Positions 1 through 8,165 of a stretch of 55,624 nt of DNA are shown in pieces. Numbering within the stretch: the first letter of the stretch is position 1; every line of letters begins with the position of its first letter. The position numbers and the translations under genes were made by a program. Source of the stretch: Candidatus Aenigmatarchaeota archaeon (GTDB lineage: Archaea; Aenigmatarchaeota; Aenigmatarchaeia; PWEA01); contig PWEA01000025.1 of the NCBI GenBank assembly GCA_003553905.1, positions 1 to 55,624 of the forward strand, in the 5' to 3' direction. The notes under the pieces were generated by a model. That model was not told the DNA's origin. It saw only the letters and a program-made list of their open reading frames with translations, and searched no databases.

Positions 1-349
1 CTTCGCCTTCGTTACATATAGAATCATCGTCGATCTCTACATCTAGATACATACCATCTCCTCTGGCCTCTTCGCTCACCATATAAATAAAATCCTCCAG
101 ATTTCTCTTCCTGGGCTGGTTGTTGTCTGTTCCGTATTCACAGTCGCTGTTTTCTACTGTATCGTAGATACCTTCCTTTACGCTTCTAAAAATTCTCTCC
201 TCTCGCTGCATATAAGCACCGGTAAGACTCATATCCTCGTATGCTCTGATGAATCCTAAAAGACCTCCCAAAGATATGGCTATTATGACTATAGATATGA
301 CAAAGAACTGGCCCTTACCACCGATATCAAATCCTGACCATCTGAGCAT
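1..349 (-). CDS. Pilin-like/class III signal peptide protein, partial (runs off left edge)
   Basis: Not in ORF track. Hand translation gives MLRWSGFDIGGKGQFFVISIVIIAISLGGLLGFIRAYE..., open to position 1. KG|QF plus a hydrophobic stretch is a class III prepilin signal. Start codon uncertain. Confidence 0.6.
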   Translation of the reverse strand, partial: MLRWSGFDIGGKGQFFVISIVIIAISLGGLLGFIRAYEDMSLTGAYMQREERIFRSVKEGIYDTVENSDCEYGTDNNQPRKRNLEDFIYMVSEEARGDGMYLDVEIDDDSICNEGE

Positions 350-620
350 GATCAACACCGTCTATTTTTAATATTTTTTCTTGATCAAAAAAACCATTTT
401 CGATTAGAAATGAAACCACATCGCCGCCGACTGCATTTATTATAGTACTCTTCTTGGCCTTTTTCAGAAGTTCATCCTTTTGTATAGACTGGGTACCATA
501 GAAACTTTCGCTCACTTTGAATGACATCTTTTCGTCTTCTAAAAGTTTTCCGAGTAAATTTTTGTCACAGACTGCAAGAACTACATGGTCCTCTGTTTCC
601 GTAAAGTTATGGTAAAACAT
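327..620 (-). CDS. DUF424 family protein
   Basis: LAVCDxxLLGK, VSESFYG, INAVG and IDGVxHAQ motifs; usual neighbour of aIF2-beta. Confidence 0.85.
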   Translation of the reverse strand: MFYHNFTETEDHVVLAVCDKNLLGKLLEDEKMSFKVSESFYGTQSIQKDELLKKAKKSTIINAVGGDVVSFLIENGFFDQEKILKIDGVDHAQMVRI

Positions 621-1022
621 CTAAAACTGCCTTACAGCCTGTTTAGTACCACAGGCCTCGCATTTTATTTTCTTTATCCTGTCCTCCTCCACAAGTTCAG
701 TGTCGGCTTTATCACAGGCAGGACATATCACAAACTCGTCTATATACTGGCTAAACTTTTCTGAAACCTTTCTTTCGGTTATCCGTCCTTGGAAAATCGC
801 TCTGGAACCATCCGCCTTCCCGGGCACACCCAGCTCTCTACGAAGAAAGTTCATTATATGATCAGGAGATCTCCTCAGTTTATCGGTTATCTTGGAGAAG
901 TTTTTAACTATCGTTTTCTCCCCTTCGTTCATTATATCAGGATCCGGAACTTCGAATCTATCCTGGTCCACGGACTCTGATATCTTCTCCTTTGCCCTGT
1001 CGTAAAGTTCATCGTAATCCAT
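621..1022 (-). CDS. eif2b: Translation initiation factor aIF-2 beta subunit
   Basis: RFEVP, KTIVKNF, LRRELG motifs and C-terminal CPAC...CEACG Zn ribbon. Start moved to ATG 1022 (MDYDELY). Confidence 0.95.
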   Translation of the reverse strand: MDYDELYDRAKEKISESVDQDRFEVPDPDIMNEGEKTIVKNFSKITDKLRRSPDHIMNFLRRELGVPGKADGSRAIFQGRITERKVSEKFSQYIDEFVICPACDKADTELVEEDRIKKIKCEACGTKQAVRQF

Positions 1023-1047
1023 AAAATCGCCTGCATTATCATGTATT

Positions 1048-1803
1048 TTAAAGCTTCTTAATCTTACCGGGTCGTGGTTCAAAGCAGGTACCTTCGGTAA
1101 GTAGATCGTTAACCACATTATCTATCTCGTTTTCTTCTGCATCAACATTATCTATTATATCCTGATAGGATGCCCCTTCACCCTCGTCTATATTTTCTAT
1201 AGCCTCCATAACCTCCTTCCTCAGTTCGCTCTTATCCTCTTCCTCTGCTTCATCATCAAAGCTATCCTTTCCCAGGTCTTCGGCCTTAATTATAGCTTCC
1301 GCCCTTTGGATACCAACTTCCTCAGCAAAGACTTCTTCACTGTTATCTGGGTGCTTTTCTCTCAACTCTTCAAGCCTCTCCTTGTCCTTCTTAATAGACT
1401 TAAGCTGCTCTGCAACCTCGGATAGATTGAGGGTCATCATGTTAGGATCATCAGCCTTCCTTAGGACCTCGGAGTTTATGTATATCTCACCCTCGTACTC
1501 CTGTACTTTACCTATGCATATAACAAGATCTCCTTCCTCAACTTTCTTATAGTCATCCAGGTCCTGGAAAAATTTTGCTCTTATAGTCTCAGAACCGTCG
1601 TCAAGAACTATGAATGCATAGCTTTCATCGTCATTCACAAACTTTGTAGTTACTGTGGCAACCAGTTTAACTCTGCTGATTCTCTGCCCCCGTGGCGTAA
1701 CCAAGTAATTGCTTTTGAATCCCTCGCGTCGAAAGTACCTACCGCTAACCAAATCTTCAAAAAGGGCCCTCTTTGCGGTCAATCTCTCCTGTTTTCCGTT
1801 CAT
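1048..1803 (-). CDS. RPA32-like OB-fold single-stranded DNA-binding protein with C-terminal winged helix
   Basis: ISRVKLVATV, LDDGSETIRAKFF and IGKVQEYEGE OB-fold motifs; C-terminal LLTEGTCFEPRPG winged-helix tail. Confidence 0.85.
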   Translation of the reverse strand: MNGKQERLTAKRALFEDLVSGRYFRREGFKSNYLVTPRGQRISRVKLVATVTTKFVNDDESYAFIVLDDGSETIRAKFFQDLDDYKKVEEGDLVICIGKVQEYEGEIYINSEVLRKADDPNMMTLNLSEVAEQLKSIKKDKERLEELREKHPDNSEEVFAEEVGIQRAEAIIKAEDLGKDSFDDEAEEEDKSELRKEVMEAIENIDEGEGASYQDIIDNVDAEENEIDNVVNDLLTEGTCFEPRPGKIKKL

Positions 1804-1807
1804 CGTA

Positions 1808-2137
1808 TCATCCTATATAGGTTGGTTCTTCTGCATCGTCGGCTTCTACTTCCTTTTCATTCTTTTCCTTTTCGATAATCTCTATCTCACCGAACTTATC
1901 CTCGTACTTCTCTACATTTTTTTCAAGAATCCTGAGTATCTTCTTGGCCAGGACGGGATCCATAACAATGGGCCTGTGCCATACAACTGATTCAACTTTC
2001 CTACCATCCTGGGAAGTACTTACCTTTGGTGTTGACTGCTTAAAGTCGAACACAAACTTATGGGGATTGAACAGGACAGAAAACGAATCACTGAAAAAAC
2101 CTTCCGATTCCTTTTCCTTTTTCTTTTCTTTAACCAT
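1808..2137 (-). CDS. DUF3467-like protein
   Basis: FSDSFSV..FVFDFKQ..IVMDPVLAKKILRILEKNVEKYEDKFGEI pattern. Start moved to ATG 2137, just after the mcm stop. Confidence 0.7.
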   Translation of the reverse strand: MVKEKKKEKESEGFFSDSFSVLFNPHKFVFDFKQSTPKVSTSQDGRKVESVVWHRPIVMDPVLAKKILRILEKNVEKYEDKFGEIEIIEKEKNEKEVEADDAEEPTYIG

Positions 2138-2141
2138 ATAA

Positions 2142-4142
2142 TCACACCTTCTGAACATGACCGGGTCGTGGTTCGAATATCATACCTTTGTTCTTCATCT
2201 CTTTTATTAGCTTGTCTGGTTTACTTAAACCTTCCTCCTCCAAGGCCGAAAGGAGATCCTCTTCTGGTATATTGTTACCAAGGTCTTCCTCCAGTTGGTC
2301 CAGTACATCCATAACCTTGCTCATCTTCGATCTCTCTGAAGCAGGTGTACCCCCTTCTGCTCTATCTATATCTATCTCATGTGTTTCCGGATCCATTCCA
2401 AGCTGCTTTATCGAATGCTTCATAAGTTTTATAGCCCTCTGAGCATCCTGCTTTTGAACTACATCGGCAAGCCTGACCTTTGCTGAAGCCTCGGCAAGCC
2501 TTTGGAGTGCCTCGTACTGCCTGAGAGTTATAGGAACTGTATCGCTATCGACGTCGACGTACTTGTTACGAAGATCGACATAAAAGTTCTTGAGCGTAGA
2601 TGCAGCCTTCTTTGTCATCTCAGGCCTGCAGTTCCTTCTTGCATATGATATATACTTTTTGAGAAAGTCTATCTCTATAACCGGTTCTGCGTCGCTTTCG
2701 TCTCCTATCCTGGAGCCTATTATATGATTCACGATATTTTCGTCTCTTTCCCTATCTGGAACGTCTCTGAGGGCAAACTTAAGATCGAAACGGGAGAGAA
2801 GTGTATCAGGAATGTCTATCTGCTCGGCTATGGGTCTGTATGGATCGAAACGGGAGAACTTGGGATTTGCACCACCTATTATAGATGTCTGGGCAGGTAA
2901 AGTAGCCTGTATTGTCGCCTTTGATATAGATACGGTCTGCGTAGACATCGCCTCATGTAGGTTCACCTGATCTTCCTTCGACATCTTATCGAACTCGTCT
3001 ATACACAGAACACCTTTGTTTGCAAGCACAAGAGCACCTGCTTCCAGTACCCATCCACCCATAAGCTCCTCGTCTCTGACAACGGTAGCAGTAAGACCTG
3101 CAGCCGTAGTTCCCTTACCCGAAGCATACTTACCACGGGGAAGCATATCCGCAGCCAGTTTGAGAAGCTGCGTCTTTCCTGCACTTGGATCACCGACAAA
3201 AAGTATGTGTATATCACCCCGTATCCTCGTGCTATCCGGAAGCCTGTGAGGTACACCACCAAATAGCTGTAGAACTATAGACTCCTTCTCCTTCTCAAGT
3301 CCGTACATGGAAGGAGCAAGCGATTTGATCAGTTTCTCGTATATCTTATCATCATTAGCAAGTTCCTTTATCTTTTCCTCTTCCTCCTCGGTTACTTCCA
3401 TCTCTTCAAAGGTAACCTCTTTGGGATTCAGCCAGTTGGCCTCGATAAAGATATCCAACTGTCTTGTCTTCTTACCCTGTATACGTTTGGGCATCTCCCT
3501 GACTATACCTGTAAGTTCAAGTCTCGTACCAGGATCAGTTCTTCTCTGCATCTTCGGAGTTGTAAGACCGTCCTTCAGATAAACAGCCACTTCACCGGGC
3601 TTCTCACCTGAAACCTTTTCAAAGAGATCCTCTACATGTATCCATCTCGCATCACTCAGCTCCCTGTCGACCTGGTTGAAACCACGTTTTCTCCCGCAGT
3701 CACAACGAGACGGATACGACATCCTCTTTTTGAGCTGTGGTATTTCCATGGTCTCACCACAGTCCGGGCATTCAAATATAACGACTTCCAGTTCCGGCTT
3801 GACCTCCGAGGCCCTGTTAACGGTACCCTCTATCTTCAAGAACTTACCCAGATGGTTGCTCCTGAGATCCTTTATCCTTGTTCTCTCGTCGTCGGGTATG
3901 TTTTCAACACGAACATTAAGATTTACCTCTTTGTCTGTACCAAGATCTATCTCATCTATAGCATCTTCAGCAGCGTCGAAGAAATCCTTGGGGTTCTCCA
4001 AAAGCTCTTCTGTCAGCTCATGGCCTGCATACTTATCTAACACTTTAAAATCTATAAGAACAAAGCTTCTGTCCTCTCGCACAGCCTCCAGAAGATCCTC
4101 TTCGTAGAACTTCCTGAAAAATTCCTCAAGCTCTTCAATCAT
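2142..4142 (-). CDS. mcm: MCM replicative helicase
   Basis: Walker A GDPSAGKT, Walker B CIDEFDKM, arginine finger SRFD, CPDC/CDC Zn finger, C-terminal winged helix; no intein visible. Confidence 0.97.
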   Translation of the reverse strand: MIEELEEFFRKFYEEDLLEAVREDRSFVLIDFKVLDKYAGHELTEELLENPKDFFDAAEDAIDEIDLGTDKEVNLNVRVENIPDDERTRIKDLRSNHLGKFLKIEGTVNRASEVKPELEVVIFECPDCGETMEIPQLKKRMSYPSRCDCGRKRGFNQVDRELSDARWIHVEDLFEKVSGEKPGEVAVYLKDGLTTPKMQRRTDPGTRLELTGIVREMPKRIQGKKTRQLDIFIEANWLNPKEVTFEEMEVTEEEEEKIKELANDDKIYEKLIKSLAPSMYGLEKEKESIVLQLFGGVPHRLPDSTRIRGDIHILFVGDPSAGKTQLLKLAADMLPRGKYASGKGTTAAGLTATVVRDEELMGGWVLEAGALVLANKGVLCIDEFDKMSKEDQVNLHEAMSTQTVSISKATIQATLPAQTSIIGGANPKFSRFDPYRPIAEQIDIPDTLLSRFDLKFALRDVPDRERDENIVNHIIGSRIGDESDAEPVIEIDFLKKYISYARRNCRPEMTKKAASTLKNFYVDLRNKYVDVDSDTVPITLRQYEALQRLAEASAKVRLADVVQKQDAQRAIKLMKHSIKQLGMDPETHEIDIDRAEGGTPASERSKMSKVMDVLDQLEEDLGNNIPEEDLLSALEEEGLSKPDKLIKEMKNKGMIFEPRPGHVQKV

Positions 4143-4260
4143 ACCCAACAAACCCCGTACTAAATAATCCCCAACTCTACTTAAATTTAACCCGGGCTAG
4201 ATTATCATAAAAAGAATTATCCACAACAGCAAACAAAGACATTAATCCGTCATCGAATTT

Positions 4261-5985
4261 TTATAATTTCGGACAACAGAAGGCGTAGGCGTAAATATCC
4301 CCTCCGTCAGTCCTTTTGCACCTCCAACCGTCAGGATAATCAGCATTAGAAGCACTCGGTTCAGGAGCATTTCGTGAGATAGCTTCATCATCAGTATGTG
4401 TATTACAACCTCCTGCAATCAACCTCATACCACTATCACAATCAATTGAATTAAAGCCATCATCGTAGTTTTGCTCATAGGTACATTCATCCCAATCAAA
4501 GCCCGTGTCCTTCAACCTTGCTGCATCATCCTCCTCTTCAGGCTCACCCAAATCTGTTATTCTATTGTTGTTCACGTCGAGGTCGCCGCCGCTTTGTATT
4601 GTGACTCTTTCATTAAACCCTCCTGTATAAAAACTCATCCCACCTTCTGTTCTATACCTTATTCCATCTTCATTGCTTATATAGTCACCAGTACTACTAT
4701 CCCCGTCCAAATGAATTCTTTCCCCATCTGCTATCACGACATCCCCATCCACGTCCAGCTTAGCATCCGGACTCGTCGTCCCGATGCCGACGTTTTGATC
4801 AGGATCAACGGTCAACGCATTGGTCCCCGAAGTCCTCAAAGAAAGCTCATTACTTTCCCCCGTACCTGTACCTGTGTGTTCCCCTATATACAGACCCGTA
4901 GTTCCACTGCCTTTATTGTTTGCCTCAATAGCATTCGTGTATACCCAAGGAGTTTCGATATAGCCTTCGCCGTCTAATGGGCCTTCTGACTGGAAATGAC
5001 CCTGGATCGAATTAGCTCCCCAATTGTCATCATATCCAGACAATTCGTTTCCAAAAATGGCAAAACCATCGTCAACGTGCAGATCAGCTTCCGGACTCGT
5101 CGTCCCAATGCCGAAATCGCCGTCGCTGGTCATTCTATGCTCTATATCACCATCACCGCCACCACCAGGCCTGAATCTTATGTGGTTGTTTGCATCGATT
5201 CCCATATTAGAGGATCCCCAGAACACGTTTCCCTCGGGCCCGTATATCCTACGAGTAGAAGAACCTGTGAAAGTCAAATGATTATCCATGTAAGTTTCTC
5301 CATCAATATGAAGCTTCGCCCCAGGACTCGTCGTCCCGATGCCGAAGTTACCGTAATTTATATAGCTATCACTCGGCCCTCCTCGCAGCCAAATATCTCT
5401 ATTACCATCCTCATCAGTCAATTCTAATAACGCTCCTACACCATCACCACTCACTGCACCACGCATACGTGCTAGTGAACCTGTTACTTCGCCCTTAGAC
5501 ATAATATTTGGTCCATGCCCCGAATCCGTGTAAGCAGTTATATGCCCTCCCGAAACCTCCAGTTTATCATCCGGAGTCGTCGTACCGATGCCTATGTTGC
5601 CTCCGCTTTGGTAAATGTTTGAAGTAGAGAGTGTATTGCTGTCATCGAACCTGGGTATGTAGTTCTCTTGTCCTTCCCCGCCTATTGCTCCAAGATCATC
5701 TGAAATGTGTTTACACACATATTCACCATCGGAACCTATGCGAACAACCACTTCATCTTCGTTGCACTCATCACCAAAAAAGCCGGATAGTTCTCCTATA
5801 TCTTCTATATTTTTTCCGCTCATATTGAGATCCTGGTGTGCACCCGAACCCAAGTCTATCTCCTCGAGTGGATGGCCCTGGTAAATATCACTTGCACCGA
5901 CAAGACCCGAAAAAGAAACAAATAGAACTGCTGCCAATGTAATTACAAGAAAACAGTTCTTTCCAAAAACAAAACGTGTACTCAT
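4261..5985 (-). CDS. Secreted/surface fibre-like protein with four GIGTT(S/T)P repeats and a Cys-rich C-terminal domain
   Basis: N-terminal signal peptide; GNIGIGTTTP, GNFGIGTTSP, GDFGIGTTSP, QNVGIGTTSP; C-terminal C..G..IAGGC...GWRC...YAYAFCC. Confidence 0.75.
   Translation of the reverse strand: MSTRFVFGKNCFLVITLAAVLFVSFSGLVGASDIYQGHPLEEIDLGSGAHQDLNMSGKNIEDIGELSGFFGDECNEDEVVVRIGSDGEYVCKHISDDLGAIGGEGQENYIPRFDDSNTLSTSNIYQSGGNIGIGTTTPDDKLEVSGGHITAYTDSGHGPNIMSKGEVTGSLARMRGAVSGDGVGALLELTDEDGNRDIWLRGGPSDSYINYGNFGIGTTSPGAKLHIDGETYMDNHLTFTGSSTRRIYGPEGNVFWGSSNMGIDANNHIRFRPGGGGDGDIEHRMTSDGDFGIGTTSPEADLHVDDGFAIFGNELSGYDDNWGANSIQGHFQSEGPLDGEGYIETPWVYTNAIEANNKGSGTTGLYIGEHTGTGTGESNELSLRTSGTNALTVDPDQNVGIGTTSPDAKLDVDGDVVIADGERIHLDGDSSTGDYISNEDGIRYRTEGGMSFYTGGFNERVTIQSGGDLDVNNNRITDLGEPEEEDDAARLKDTGFDWDECTYEQNYDDGFNSIDCDSGMRLIAGGCNTHTDDEAISRNAPEPSASNADYPDGWRCKRTDGGDIYAYAFCCPKL
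4769..5594. repeat. Four 22-bp direct repeats (GGACTCGTCGTCCCGATGCCGA) separated by unique spacers
   Basis: Copies at 4769-4790, 5093-5114 (1 mismatch), 5324-5345 (exact) and 5573-5594 (3 mismatches). Confidence 0.9.
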
Positions 5986-6086
5986 TAAGGCTTAATTACT
6001 TTCTGTAGTATAAAAACCTTTTGAGAACTCTGGATCAACAGGCAGCAACTTTTAATAATATGTCTTTCGTAAACTAGGCAGGATAG

Positions 6087-6716
6087 GTGTATAAGTTGAA
6101 GGTAAATAAAAATACCGGGAAAATTCTATTCGTCCTTGTTTCAGGAATTGTCCTGGGTTTGATTACAGGAATGGTTTTAGGACTACCCGAATACGATCCT
6201 ACAGCCGCCGATAGCCGAGAAGAAACCCTGGAAAGGGTTGTCGAAACCTACAGGAAAGCCAATCCCGGGACCCAGATAGAGGCGATGAGCATAGAAGAGT
6301 TTAGCGGTTTATATAGAATTAGGCTGTCCTCTGGTGGGGACGAAGGAACCTATCAGACTGTATACACAACGAAGGACGGTAAATTCCTAACAGAGATATT
6401 AACAAATATAACGGAGTTCAGGACTTTCACTGAAAATAGGTTAAGCTTCATAGACTGTCTTGAAGAAGAAGATGTGATCGTATTCGGTGCCCTGGGTACA
6501 GAAAATGAAGAGATAAGGCAGGCCACGGAACTTCAGCTACAGTTGCTGGGAGGTCCCGAATACCTTGAAAGAGTGTATATAGACTGCACAGAGGATCTGG
6601 AATGGTGTGCAGAACAGGGCGTAGAGGTAGTACCATCGGTGAAACACGGCGAAGATATATATGGCGGAGTTAAAACATACGAATGGTTCGAAGAAGTAGT
6701 TGGTTGCACAATCTGA
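6087..6716 (+). CDS. Membrane-anchored thioredoxin-fold-like protein lacking CXXC
   Basis: N-terminal TM helix; DsbC-N-like VYTTKDGKFL; C-terminal CLEE..YIDC..WCAEQGVEVVPS resembles a Trx-fold with cis-Pro. Confidence 0.5.
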   Translation: MYKLKVNKNTGKILFVLVSGIVLGLITGMVLGLPEYDPTAADSREETLERVVETYRKANPGTQIEAMSIEEFSGLYRIRLSSGGDEGTYQTVYTTKDGKFLTEILTNITEFRTFTENRLSFIDCLEEEDVIVFGALGTENEEIRQATELQLQLLGGPEYLERVYIDCTEDLEWCAEQGVEVVPSVKHGEDIYGGVKTYEWFEEVVGCTI

Positions 6717-6740
6717 CTAGATAAAATAAAAATAAGAGGT

Positions 6741-7283
6741 TTAGAGGGCGTCTATCTCTTTGAGGTCTTCTTCTACCTTCTCTACTGCTTTTTCAACATC
6801 CTCTATCGAGCGCCCTCCGGTGCAGACGATCTTTCCTGATCCGAAAAGTAGAAAGGCCGCCGCGGGTTCCTCGATCCTGTACACAAGACCTGGGAACTGC
6901 TCCGGTTCATACTCGGCATTCCTGAGGGTGAATGCTATTTCGTTAAGCCTTAGTTTTCCGTCAAGCTGCGCCGATGCAACTATGTTCTGGATCTTTATGT
7001 CCTTGACTTCGTCGACGTCTATCCCTGTTTCTCTAACACCTTCAAGAACCTTGTCTATCGCTTCCCTAGCTCCCTCCGGGGAGTTTGCACCAGTACATAC
7101 TATCTTCCCTGAATTGAATATCAAGGCCGCTGCATTTGGATCGTTCATCCTGTACACAAGACCTGGGAACTGCTCCGGTTCATACTCTGTGCCAGGAAGA
7201 TGTGCAACTACCTTATTCAGGGGGATTTTTGCACTAAGCGTGGCTGAAGCGACAACGTTCTCTATTTTAAGTTCATCAACCAT
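6741..7283 (-). CDS. tbp: TATA-box binding protein
   Basis: Two repeats of NxVASA / EYEPEQFPGLVYR / GKIVCTG. Confidence 0.98.
   Translation of the reverse strand: MVDELKIENVVASATLSAKIPLNKVVAHLPGTEYEPEQFPGLVYRMNDPNAAALIFNSGKIVCTGANSPEGAREAIDKVLEGVRETGIDVDEVKDIKIQNIVASAQLDGKLRLNEIAFTLRNAEYEPEQFPGLVYRIEEPAAAFLLFGSGKIVCTGGRSIEDVEKAVEKVEEDLKEIDAL
6874..7187. repeat. 41-bp exact direct repeat inside tbp (6874-6914 and 7147-7187)
   Basis: ATCCTGTACACAAGACCTGGGAACTGCTCCGGTTCATACTC read in both places, 273 bp apart. Confidence 0.95.
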
Positions 7284-7400
7284 ATAGAATCACCTGGTTT
7301 TTAAACCAACACTTTACATATTGTTAAGGGGTATTTAAAAAGGTTTTATAAATGAATGGTATATTTTTATACAATGAGTTAAAGAGGTAAACTGGGGTCT

Positions 7401-8162
7401 ATGTCTGATGTAATATCAATAGTTTCCGGAAAAGGTGGAACAGGCAAAACGTTCACCGCAGCAAACCTTTCCCTCGCTCTCCAGAAATTTGGTAATCAGG
7501 TTGTATGTCTAGATACAGATCTTGACTCACCAAACCTAGCTATGCAGCTAGGCCATATACCGGAAGACAAAACCATAGAAGACGTTCTAAGGGGAGACAT
7601 AAACGAACTTAAAGCTGTCAATGTACATGGTTCCGGACTTATGTTCATACCTTCCTCCCTTCCCCTTACAAACGAAAGGATAACAGAAGGGAAAATAAAA
7701 AAGATGGTAGATAGATTCTCGGGGTTCGCTGACCACACCGTTATAGATGCTCCGCCTGGGTTCAGAGAAGGCTTCTACAACAGCATGAAAGTATCTGACA
7801 GAATGATTGTGGTAACCAATCCGGAGTTTCAGGCCATACAGGACGTAAGAAAAATAGCCGACGAGGCTAGAAAACACAACGTAAAGATAGAAGGAGTTGT
7901 TCTAAACAAGGTAGAAGGTATACTTGAGGAAGCTAGCAGACATGAGATAGAAAAGATCACAGGTCTTGATGTAATACAGACCATACCTCACCACAATGAA
8001 GTAAGAAAAAGCATACATAAGATGCAACCTCTGGTAGCAGACAAACATTCAAAGATCGGACATAGCTTCAGAGAACTTGCAGCTGATCTCACAGGTAAAA
8101 GGTTCAGGGCTCCGTGGTATTCAAAAATCATCAGAAGCCTTAGAAAACTTAAGGGGGAATAA
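7401..8162 (+). CDS. minD: MinD/ParA family ATPase
   Basis: Deviant Walker A SGKGGTGKT, IDAPPG and VVLNKV; basic/amphipathic C-terminus. Confidence 0.85.
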   Translation: MSDVISIVSGKGGTGKTFTAANLSLALQKFGNQVVCLDTDLDSPNLAMQLGHIPEDKTIEDVLRGDINELKAVNVHGSGLMFIPSSLPLTNERITEGKIKKMVDRFSGFADHTVIDAPPGFREGFYNSMKVSDRMIVVTNPEFQAIQDVRKIADEARKHNVKIEGVVLNKVEGILEEASRHEIEKITGLDVIQTIPHHNEVRKSIHKMQPLVADKHSKIGHSFRELAADLTGKRFRAPWYSKIIRSLRKLKGE

Positions 8163-8165
8163 ACA

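Noticed and set aside
4769-5594. Repeat-spacer pattern as a CRISPR array
   Set aside because: Spacers are over 200 bp, in frame within a coding gene, and no cas genes are present
4261-5985. Tail-fibre-like gene as evidence of a provirus
   Set aside because: It has a signal peptide and core-gene neighbours; no integrase, capsid or terminase is nearby
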